Positions 43,617-51,131 are shown, numbered from the stretch's first letter. The stretch: DNA of 64,000 bases from a bacterium (GCA_040390065.1 JAZJZE010000009.1:224001-288000), one strand, 5' to 3'. The notes: generated by a model not told the origin, from the letters alone. Numbers and translations: made by a program.

Positions 43617-43649
43617 GACAATCATTACAGTCATGACAATCATGAACGT
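43614..43649. repeat. Four 9-bp tandem units upstream of the TA operon (possible operator)
   Basis: catgacaat cattacagt catgacaat catgaacgt. Confidence 0.7.
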
Positions 43650-43737
43650 TGCGGCAGCGGATTCATTTCACTGTCCCGGCCCAAACCATTGTCTACGCCA
43701 AGTCCATCGCATGCTGCCGCCCAGGCGGAAGTGAACC

Positions 43738-44154
43738 ATGGCCACCCAGACCAAGCAGACCCAGAAGCCCGCAGCCTCAATGACCTCGCGCAAGGTGCGT
43801 CCCGGTTTCATCTCGCACACCGAGCTCGCCAGCAAGGACCCTGCCGCCACGAAGGCGTGGTGCCAGAACGTCCTCGGGTGGCAGTTCGGCGCCCCCGTCG
43901 CGACTCCCAACGGCGACTACCACATGTGGCAGTTCGACGAGGCCAACGGCGGCGGCATCCGCAACACCAACGCGGGCGAACCCGGCGGCACCGTCCCCTA
44001 CGCCGAGGTCACCGACATCAAGGCCGCCTACGCCAAGGCCAAGAAGGCTGGCGCCACCGAGATGATGCCGCCCAGCGAAGTGCCCGGCGGCGGCTGGATC
44101 GCCATCGTGCAAGCCCCGGGTTCCGTCCCGATCGGGTTCTGGGCGCCGAAGTGA
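43738..44154 (+). CDS. VOC/glyoxalase family protein
   Basis: GFISHTELASKDPAATKAW...LGWQF, GGGI, YAEVTDI, GWIAIVQAPG...GFW. Confidence 0.9.
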   Translation: MATQTKQTQKPAASMTSRKVRPGFISHTELASKDPAATKAWCQNVLGWQFGAPVATPNGDYHMWQFDEANGGGIRNTNAGEPGGTVPYAEVTDIKAAYAKAKKAGATEMMPPSEVPGGGWIAIVQAPGSVPIGFWAPK

Positions 44155-44158
44155 AGCG

Positions 44159-44542
44159 CTAGCGCACGAACCACGCCGCAACCGATTCCGCGGCGAAGAG
44201 GGCGATGCCGATGCCGGTCCCGATGGCGGAGCCGTTTGGGCCCGTCGACAGGCTTTGCCACAGCGCGATGAGTGTGGCGGCCATGATGCCAGAGGCAAGA
44301 GACGCAATGCCCAGGCCCACGGCCGTATCGGCCCCCACTCGCCACGCGCCGTAGAGCATCACGGCGCCGCAGCCGACGGGCAAGAACCCGATGGCCAGCA
44401 GTCGGGCAAGGCGGGCATCGAAGCCGCCGCGTTCGCCGAAAGCAACCATCGTCACGGCGATCCAGTGGCCGACGCCCGAGAGGAGGGCCACGGCACCGAG
44501 GAGGAAAGCGGCAGTCGTTGCAATCCCCTGTGGGGTTGCCAC
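44159..44542 (-). CDS. Small 4-TM membrane protein
   Basis: Four hydrophobic segments. It fills the space between polB2-N and the VOC gene. Confidence 0.6.
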   Translation of the reverse strand: MATPQGIATTAAFLLGAVALLSGVGHWIAVTMVAFGERGGFDARLARLLAIGFLPVGCGAVMLYGAWRVGADTAVGLGIASLASGIMAATLIALWQSLSTGPNGSAIGTGIGIALFAAESVAAWFVR

Positions 44543-44576
44543 GCCGTGGCATCGGGCAAGCGGACTTGGAGTTTCG

Positions 44577-45941
44577 CTATCCCGGGGCCTTCGCCTTCTT
44601 GAGCACGGCCTTCGCCCAGCGCCGGTGGCCCCACAAGCGACGCAGGATCTCTGACTGGTGTCCCTGCTCCTTGCAGACGTGGTAGCCGAGTTCCGGGATG
44701 ACTTCGCCGTCGGGGCAGCACGTGCAATTCAGGGTATCGGACGAGAGGTTGTGGCGCACGACCAGGCTCGGGTAGTAGCCTGAGAAATCGCATGCCGCGA
44801 CGTCCTCGTACAGGCCGGGTTCCGGCACCATGATCTGGCCGCCGCGGTCGACGGCGCAGAGTGTGGCTGCGTCCTTCCAGTCTTCGGCCAGGTTGCGTTT
44901 CCACGGCAAGGCGACACCGCGGTCGGTGGCGAGGTCGATCTGCATCTGCTGCAGGGCGAAGCCGGCGCCGTTACGGTTGACATCCTGGGCTCTGCGGTTG
45001 GCCACACGTGCGAGGTACACGATGCCATGCAGGTCCTTGCGGTCGTCTTCGGAGTCGAGCGTCTTCTTGGCGAGGTCGATGTGCCAGCGGCCGCGCAAGT
45101 AGAAGGCGTGCGTCTTGAACAGCCAGCGGCCGTACGTGTGGATGCTCTTGCTGGCCTGGTCGGGCTTGTCGGGCAACGGGTCGGCGTCACGGCCCAGGCG
45201 CACCTCACCCTCGATGCCCAGGGCCTTGATGCGGCTGAGGAGGAACGGAATGTCGAAGCGGTCGCCATGGCGCGTCACGATGACATCAGGGTCCAGAAGC
45301 GCAAGGGACGATGCAAAGGCGCGAAGCGTGTCGCGCTCTGCGGCTGCATCGCCAGGCGCCGCGCACGGCAGGACCTCGTCGCCGAGGCGGATGGACTCGA
45401 GCGGGTCCGTGAAGGCGGGCACGTAGCCGTCCTTGCGCGCGGTGACCTCGAGGCGTACAGTGCGCAGGTCGGGATCGGGGTATTCGACGGTCCAGCGGTC
45501 TTCCCCCGGTGCCGGGCGCAGTTCGATGCCCGAGGCCGAGGTTGCAAGGCGGCACATGGACCACAATCCCTGCGCATGCATCCAGCGCGACTCCTGGCCG
45601 TGGTCGACGTCGAAGAACAGGAAGCCCTTCGTGTGCGTGCGGCGCCGCAGGTCCGTCGCGATGGCCCACGTATCCTGCAGGCGCTTGGGTCGCACGCGAA
45701 GCACCTCGGTCTCGGGTCCGCGCAGCCACAGCCGTTGCCGGGACCTCCAAGTCTTGTCGACGCGGCCGTCCTGCGCTAGCAGTTTTTCCGCAAGCGACAG
45801 CGGCTGTGTCTCGGCCTTGACGCAGAAATCCGGGAAGTAGGGCACGAGCCGCTTCGTGACGGCATCGCCGTGCTTGACCCAGACGACGAGGCAGGACTTG
45901 CGCGGATGGGGGTAGACGTCGAAGAGCCAGGCGTCATCCAT
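44577..45941 (-). CDS. Family B DNA polymerase (PolB2 type), N-terminal part: N-domain, degenerate exonuclease, motif A, first finger helix
   Basis: WLFDVYP, DPDVIVTRHGDRFDIPFL, LRGRWHID, DRGGQIMVPEPGLYEDV, DFSGYYPS (motif A), HNLSSDTLNCTCC. It ends ...HRRWAKAVLKKAKAPG*. Confidence 0.9.
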   Translation of the reverse strand: MDDAWLFDVYPHPRKSCLVVWVKHGDAVTKRLVPYFPDFCVKAETQPLSLAEKLLAQDGRVDKTWRSRQRLWLRGPETEVLRVRPKRLQDTWAIATDLRRRTHTKGFLFFDVDHGQESRWMHAQGLWSMCRLATSASGIELRPAPGEDRWTVEYPDPDLRTVRLEVTARKDGYVPAFTDPLESIRLGDEVLPCAAPGDAAAERDTLRAFASSLALLDPDVIVTRHGDRFDIPFLLSRIKALGIEGEVRLGRDADPLPDKPDQASKSIHTYGRWLFKTHAFYLRGRWHIDLAKKTLDSEDDRKDLHGIVYLARVANRRAQDVNRNGAGFALQQMQIDLATDRGVALPWKRNLAEDWKDAATLCAVDRGGQIMVPEPGLYEDVAACDFSGYYPSLVVRHNLSSDTLNCTCCPDGEVIPELGYHVCKEQGHQSEILRRLWGHRRWAKAVLKKAKAPG

Positions 45942-45963
45942 GCCGACGCACCCCTGGACGAAC

Positions 45964-45997
45964 CACTGAACGCACTGAACGCACTGAAATCACTGAA
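45964..45997. repeat. Four CACTGAA boxes at exact 9-bp spacing upstream of polB2-N
   Basis: cactgaa at 45964, 45973, 45982 and 45991. Confidence 0.8.
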
Positions 45998-46126
45998 CCC
46001 CGCAACCCGTCTGCGAAGCCCTGCTTCGCCAAGTCCTCGAAAGGTCCTCAGGTTGCGACGACGGCTTCCTCCACGCGGACCTCAAGATGGGCCTGGAAAA
46101 CCAGGAAATCGAAGAAAACAAGGAAG

Positions 46127-46225
46127 GCCGCCGGTCGGGGCGAGCACGCCGTCGGCGCAGCCGCGGCGAGGCGAGGGCGTGGCAAGCGCGCGATGCGGAG
46201 CAAGCGCGCGAGGGCCGCCGGCGGC
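46127..46225. repeat. Dispersed hairpin repeat, copy 3
   Basis: gccgccggtcggggcgagc...gtggcaagcgcgcga...gggccgccggcggc aligns with the reverse complement of 17390-17484. Confidence 0.75.
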
Positions 46226-46245
46226 AGCGGAAAGCCACAGCAGCT

Positions 46246-46614
46246 TCACGCTTCCACGAGGACCGTCTGCCCGATGCGGCCCAACTCGTAGGCATCGGGT
46301 GCCTTGACGCGGCTCTCGACGAGGCCTGCGCCACGCAGCGCGGTCAGCGCCGCTTCGAGGTCGCGCCGCAGAAGGGCGAGTTCGCGGTTCTGGCCGTCCA
46401 CCATCCGCATGCCCTCCAGTAGCATGGCCAGCATGACGGGGCGTTCGAAGTCGAGGTGCGGGCGCCGGTTGATGGCGTTGGAGTGGCGGCGGGCGCGGCA
46501 GACGAGTTCGTCGAACCACTCCTGCTCGCGCGGGTGCAGTTCGGCGCGAAACTGGGCGTAGCGAGAAAGGAAGATGTCCAGCGCGATTGTCGTGGTCGGG
46601 GTGGATTGTCCCAT
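46246..46614 (-). CDS. Small alpha-helical PolB2-associated protein (arCOG07300-like)
   Basis: MGQSTPT...YAQFRAELHPREQEWFDELVCRARRHSNAI...VMLAMLLE plus a coiled-coil tail. It lies upstream of polB2. Confidence 0.82.
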   Translation of the reverse strand: MGQSTPTTTIALDIFLSRYAQFRAELHPREQEWFDELVCRARRHSNAINRRPHLDFERPVMLAMLLEGMRMVDGQNRELALLRRDLEAALTALRGAGLVESRVKAPDAYELGRIGQTVLVEA

Positions 46615-46751
46615 GGGATTCGCTTGTAGTGGGCACAGGTTCTTCTGTTGCTTTATGGGGTGAGTGAAAACGGCACGGCGAAATAACTGGGTGAAGCGAA
46701 CGTACCATCTGACGGGCCACGGACTGCATCGATTGCACGACAACCTGCATC

Positions 46752-47093
46752 TCCAGGTCAACGAACCATTCCCGCGTTCCTCCGACGGCGGCGACGTCAT
46801 GAAGGAATGGAAGGGACACGAAGCAGCCCCCGGTCGGGGCGAGCGAATGCGCCGCGAAGCGCGCAGAGCGAGGGCGAGGCGAGCCGAGCGCAGCGATGGC
46901 TGGGGCCGCCGGGGGCCTGGAAGCTCAGGAAATCGCCGAAAACCGGAAACGCGTTTCACCCATTTTCCACGGTTTCCTGGCCTTTCAGGCACGGGCGGCC
47001 TGGGAGAACCGGAGACGAACGGAGAACAGGAACCCATTCCCGTTCTCTTCACGAGATTCCTGTTCTCCCAGGTTTCCCACACTCAGCCACGCG
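46752..47093 (-). repeat. Right arm of the 342-bp perfect inverted repeat
   Basis: tccaggtcaacgaaccattcc...ggtttcccacactcagccacgcg is the reverse complement of 41800-42141. Confidence 0.97.
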
Positions 47094-47128
47094 AACCTAC
47101 TTGCCGAAAAGGGCGGCCACGCCGCCAG

Positions 47129-47854
47129 TCATCCGAGTTTGGCCTGCTGCGGCTTCTTGGCACTGGCCTCACCCCAAACCTTGGCTCCGCCTTGCGGTTT
47201 CACGGCCTCGGGATCCCCGCGCCGCTTCCACACGTCCTCGGCGATGGGCACCATCTCGTACGCGTCGTTGGCCGCCGGAACGAGGAGGTTCTGCAAGGCC
47301 TCCTTCCCCGTTGCCGCCGGATCCATCCAAGCGTCTTGCCGGACCCGCGAATCCAATTCCACCACGAAGCGGTCGTGGACCTGCGCCACGAAGTCGTTGG
47401 CCGGCGCCGTCACTTGCACGTGGCCGAGGTCGTCGTACTCGTTGCCCGTACTGGTGAAGGCGTAGTGACGGCGGGCCATGAGGGCTGCAACGACCATCAG
47501 CTTGCCATCGCGGCGTTGGATGCGGAAGGCGGCCTTGGTCTTCGCGTCGCGCTCGACGACGTAGGAGATTGCGGCGAGCGCGTGGTGCTCCGGCTTGCCG
47601 AAGAGACCGCGCCACGCCGGGGATACGAGGTTGTCTCCTCGCGCATTCGTCAGCAGGCGTGGGCCGACCGGCATCCCGAGGCGCACCTTGTCCACGACGC
47701 GCTCGCCACCCTCGAGGCGGGCCACCGGCAGGAAGTCGGCGTGGTGCACGAGCGGCCGCGCGATGCGGTCGCCGGCGTCGTAGACGTAGCGCGTGCCGCC
47801 GAGGGCGTCGATGACCTCCATCGAGCTTGCATCGATGCCTTCGAGTCCGGCCAT
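47129..47854 (-). CDS. SOS response-associated peptidase (SRAP/HMCES) family protein, divergent paralogue 2
   Basis: LTNARGDNL...AWRGLF, ALAAISYVVE, VTAPANDFVAQVHDRFVVEL...WMDP. The N-terminus is MAGLEGI. Confidence 0.8.
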   Translation of the reverse strand: MAGLEGIDASSMEVIDALGGTRYVYDAGDRIARPLVHHADFLPVARLEGGERVVDKVRLGMPVGPRLLTNARGDNLVSPAWRGLFGKPEHHALAAISYVVERDAKTKAAFRIQRRDGKLMVVAALMARRHYAFTSTGNEYDDLGHVQVTAPANDFVAQVHDRFVVELDSRVRQDAWMDPAATGKEALQNLLVPAANDAYEMVPIAEDVWKRRGDPEAVKPQGGAKVWGEASAKKPQQAKLG

Positions 47855-47862
47855 GCCACATC

Positions 47863-48576
47863 TCAGAACCAGGTTGCCGGCTTCTTCGCCGCCGCCTTGC
47901 GGGGTGTTGCGCCGTAGCGCATCGCTTCGCCGATCGGAACCAAGTCGGCGTCCTCGCGGATGCCTGGCTTGAAGATGCGGTCGTCCACGGGGACGGCTTC
48001 CCATTCGTCCTCCGCCGGATGGTGCAGGATCGCCGCGGCCTCCTTCTTTTCCGTCGCGGCCATCCATGCGTCGGCCTCCTTGGGCGACAGCGTGCAGACC
48101 TGGCGGTCGTGGAACTGGCCGAAGAACTTGTTCGGCGCCGTCGTCACGATGGCGCAGCACAACCTGCCTTCGCCCTCGTCCATCTTGCGGGGTGCGCAGA
48201 GGCCCGGCATGACGATTGGTCGGCCGTCGATGCGGCGGAACCACAGGCTCGTCTTCTTGCCGTCGATGGTGGCTTGCTCGTAGATGCCCGTGGCGGCAAC
48301 CAGGCACGGTGACTTTGCGAGCATCGAACCCCACATCGGGCTCTCCAGCAAGCGGTCGTCCCGAGCGTTGCCGACGGGCCGGCCGCCGCCGACGGGGAAG
48401 CCCCAGCGCGCACGCACGGCCACACGTTCCCGGTCCTTGTTGACGGCGATGGGCAGGGTCGTCGTGAGGCGGACGACGGGGTGCGGAACCCAGTCGCCCT
48501 CGTAGTCCCACTTGGAGACGCGCAGGGCGTCCTGGATGTCGATGTCGGCGGCTTGCAGTCCGATGAGGCCGGCCAC
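47863..48576 (-). CDS. SRAP/HMCES family protein, paralogue 1
   Basis: ARWGFP, NARDDRL.ESPMW, CLVAATGIYE, CAIVTTAPN...FHDRQVCTL...AW. The GTG start MAGLIGL is inferred by alignment with paralogue 2. Confidence 0.88.
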   Translation of the reverse strand: MAGLIGLQAADIDIQDALRVSKWDYEGDWVPHPVVRLTTTLPIAVNKDRERVAVRARWGFPVGGGRPVGNARDDRLLESPMWGSMLAKSPCLVAATGIYEQATIDGKKTSLWFRRIDGRPIVMPGLCAPRKMDEGEGRLCCAIVTTAPNKFFGQFHDRQVCTLSPKEADAWMAATEKKEAAAILHHPAEDEWEAVPVDDRIFKPGIREDADLVPIGEAMRYGATPRKAAAKKPATWF

Positions 48577-48602
48577 GGCGTGCGACACGGTGGCGCGGCT
48601 GT

Positions 48603-50207
48603 CTACTTTGCGGCCTTGCGCAGGAGCGGCCGTTCCACGCCGATTGCGTAGGTCTTGTAGCGACCTTGGAAACGCACGGCGATGATGCCCTCGTTCTGCA
48701 AACGGGCCAAGCGGTGCTGCGTCGTGCTGCGCGACCAGCCGCACGTCTCCATGGCGTTGAGGACATCCTTCTGCGGGGCGCCCGGGTGGGCCTCGATCCA
48801 GGAGCGCAGGTTCGCCAACTCAGGATCGCGCAGCACGGCGGTATGGCGCCACGTTTCGGTGTAGCGGCCGTGGTTCTCGAAGAAACGCATGCGCGAATGG
48901 TGTTGGTACTCGATGACGAGCCCGGCGCGCTTCAGGACGTTGAGGTGGTGCCGCGTCGTGCCCGTCGGGATGCGTACACTTCGGCAGACCTCGCGGAAGC
49001 TGGCACCGGGGTGCTCGCAGATGAAGGCGTGCAGGCTGGCGCGGCGCGGATGGGCAAGCGGGTCCTGCGGCGCGGTGAGAAGCGGCGCCAGGAAACGCAA
49101 CAGGACCAGGAGCGCCGCAAGGCCGAGGACGGCCTCACCAGTGACCGCGATGCCGGACACGAGGGTCGCCGGTGCCGGGCTTTCGTCGAGTCGCGCGTCC
49201 TGAAGCTCACCGCCGAATCCGGCAGCCGCCGAACGAGGGCCGGTCGAATGCAGCCCGCCCAGGATGACGTGGCCCGAGGCAAGCAGCGTCTGGTTGTGGG
49301 GCCCATCGCACTGCGCGCAAGAGGACGCCGAGGCAAGGGGCAGACGGACCCAGCCATCGACCTCGACATCGAAGGCCGGCCCGCCGGCCAGCGCGAAGTC
49401 GAGGGCCCCTTGCGCAGTGAGGTTGCCGCCATTCGTCCGGAACTCCTGGTGCGACAGATGGTCGACCGTCACCTCGCTGCCTGCAAGGGAGGGCGCAGCG
49501 ATGCGGGTGCGGCCGCCCGGCGGCGGGCATGGTCTTTGGGTGCACTCGGTGGACGCGTTGAACCATTCGAGTTGCCGCACGCCGGTGGCGTTGAGGGTGA
49601 ACATTTCGCCACGCCCGTTTGCCCAGACGAGGTACGTTTCGTTGTCCGGGACGTCCGGAACGCGCACCGCCAAAGGCTCGTCGATGACGGTTGGCAGGAG
49701 CGGACCGATGCCTTCGTTGGAGTTGGCGATGGCGGCCCGTCCCGTGGTCCTGAAGTCGATGCGGTCGGCCACGAGGACGAGGGAGGAGGAACCAGGGCGG
49801 CGGAAGTCGAGGGACAGGTCGTTCCATGGCGCCGGATCTTGGCGCGGTGCGTCCTGGCCTGGCCCCATCCAGCCGCCTCCCAGTGTGCCGTTGCGCATCG
49901 CTCGGACGTTCTGCATGGTGTGGTTGACGAGGGTGCCCCCGCCGAGGTTCTCGGCCCGAAGTGTGACGGCATCCGGACCGTCGGCCATGAACCAGAGGAT
50001 CAGTCGCGTCACGGCGGTCGCGTTCTCGTGCCCCCCGGCGGCGGCAGGGATCGCAAACGAGACTCTGGGCTGGTCCGCGTCCGTTGCGACGGCGGTGGGG
50101 GGGAGCACGGCGGCAAGGACGATGGCGATGCTGGCCGCGACCTGCAACCGCAACCGTAGGCGTGGGGCTGCGTGGCCGGAGTTGGAAGCGAATCTGTTGG
50201 TCTGCAT
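48603..50207 (-). CDS. Membrane-anchored regulator: extracellular domain, TM helix, tandem C-terminal winged HTH
   Basis: N-terminal signal/TM segment, TM GLAALLVLLRFL, PLAHPRRASL...HPGASFRE...TRHHLNVL, second HTH HPGAPQKD...STTQHRLARL. Confidence 0.8.
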   Translation of the reverse strand: MQTNRFASNSGHAAPRLRLRLQVAASIAIVLAAVLPPTAVATDADQPRVSFAIPAAAGGHENATAVTRLILWFMADGPDAVTLRAENLGGGTLVNHTMQNVRAMRNGTLGGGWMGPGQDAPRQDPAPWNDLSLDFRRPGSSSLVLVADRIDFRTTGRAAIANSNEGIGPLLPTVIDEPLAVRVPDVPDNETYLVWANGRGEMFTLNATGVRQLEWFNASTECTQRPCPPPGGRTRIAAPSLAGSEVTVDHLSHQEFRTNGGNLTAQGALDFALAGGPAFDVEVDGWVRLPLASASSCAQCDGPHNQTLLASGHVILGGLHSTGPRSAAAGFGGELQDARLDESPAPATLVSGIAVTGEAVLGLAALLVLLRFLAPLLTAPQDPLAHPRRASLHAFICEHPGASFREVCRSVRIPTGTTRHHLNVLKRAGLVIEYQHHSRMRFFENHGRYTETWRHTAVLRDPELANLRSWIEAHPGAPQKDVLNAMETCGWSRSTTQHRLARLQNEGIIAVRFQGRYKTYAIGVERPLLRKAAK

Positions 50208-50376
50208 GGCGTGGCCCGGTCGTAGATTTGCCTGGCCTCCTTAACGGGACTCGCTCAATGGTTGGTGTGAGCCCTGCCAACAGGAGGCGACGACGCCACC
50301 GGCTGCGTCTGCTTCTACATGAATCCAGCGCGGTGGGCCCGCATTGCCGATAACGATTTTCGCCAAATCGCGATAG

Positions 50377-50451
50377 TGGGACCTGGGAGATTTGAACTTC
50401 CGACCAGCGGGTTATGAGCCCGTCGCTCTGACCGAGCTGAGCTAAGGTCCC
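50377..50451 (-). tRNA. tRNA with CAT anticodon, most likely tRNA-Ile2(CAU)
   Basis: GGGACCTTAGCTCAGCTCGGTCAGAGCGACGGGCT-CAT-AACCCGCTGGTCGGAAGTTCAAATCTCCCAGGTCCCA folds as a cloverleaf and resembles haloarchaeal Ile2. Elongator Met is not excluded. Confidence 0.9.
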
Positions 50452-50648
50452 TTGCCCGCTGCGAGCCGACGCCACGACAAGAACCCGCCGAAGCCGTGCC
50501 CCGCCGTCGGCCACTTCATAGCCGCTGTGGATAGAACGCTTGAACGACTGGTCGGATCGCCGAAACGCCGGCCGCCACGGCCCGCCGGCCGCGCCCCGCC
50601 ACCGCCCCGGCCACCAAACCTTACAATGGGCACCCCGTCGCCGCGCCC

Positions 50649-50954
50649 GTGAGGATCGGCACGCTGCTTTGGGGGCTCGCCTTCCTCGCCGCCGGCGCCG
50701 TCGTCCTCGCGGGACTTGCCCTCGGAGCCTCGGACTGGTCGACGGGCCCGCGCATCGGCATCGGCATGGTCCTCCTCCTCCTCGGATTCCTCCTCGCCGC
50801 CGGCCCCTGGATTGCGTACGCCGTCCGCCGCGCCTCCAGCAAGGAAAGCAAAGGCGGCTGCCCCGTAGGGACGACTTGCGCCTGCGGCCACTTCAACTTC
50901 AAGCCCCGCGCCCACTGCCGAGAATGCGGCACGGCGACGACGTACCCCGAGTGA
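50649..50954 (+). CDS. Small membrane protein with a C-terminal zinc ribbon
   Basis: Two TM segments, then CACG...CRECG. Confidence 0.65.
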   Translation: MRIGTLLWGLAFLAAGAVVLAGLALGASDWSTGPRIGIGMVLLLLGFLLAAGPWIAYAVRRASSKESKGGCPVGTTCACGHFNFKPRAHCRECGTATTYPE

Positions 50955-51058
50955 CGACGCGGCCCGTCGGCCCAACGACCGACGCGGCTACCTTTTCATA
51001 CCAGCGTTTCTCGGCCGCCATGGGCCCAAGCGGCCCCACCTCTTTCCAACAAGCACAC

Positions 51059-51131
51059 GCTCCGTTAGTCTAGAGGCCAAGGATGCAGGCCTTTCAAGCC
51101 TGCGGCACGGGTTCGAATCCCGTACGGAGCA
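51059..51131 (+). tRNA. tRNA-Glu(TTC)
   Basis: GCTCCGT acceptor stem pairs with ACGGAGC. Anticodon arm CAGGC-CT-TTC-AA-GCCTG and T-loop GGTTCGAATCC. Confidence 0.95.

Noticed and set aside
43133-44577. Integron cassette array, or an intein/intron interrupting polB2
   Set aside because: No attC-like RYYYAAC...GTTRRRY sites are evident, gene orientations are mixed with near-zero spacing, and there are no intein (Cys/Ser...His-Asn), homing endonuclease or RT signatures.
41800-47093. Casposon, polinton or pipolin
   Set aside because: There is no Cas1, DDE or tyrosine integrase, the polymerase is PolB2-type rather than protein-primed or primer-independent, and no target-site duplication was seen.
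50377-50451. Initiator tRNA-Met
   Set aside because: It lacks the A1-U72 pair of archaeal initiators, and the sequence better fits Ile2(CAU).
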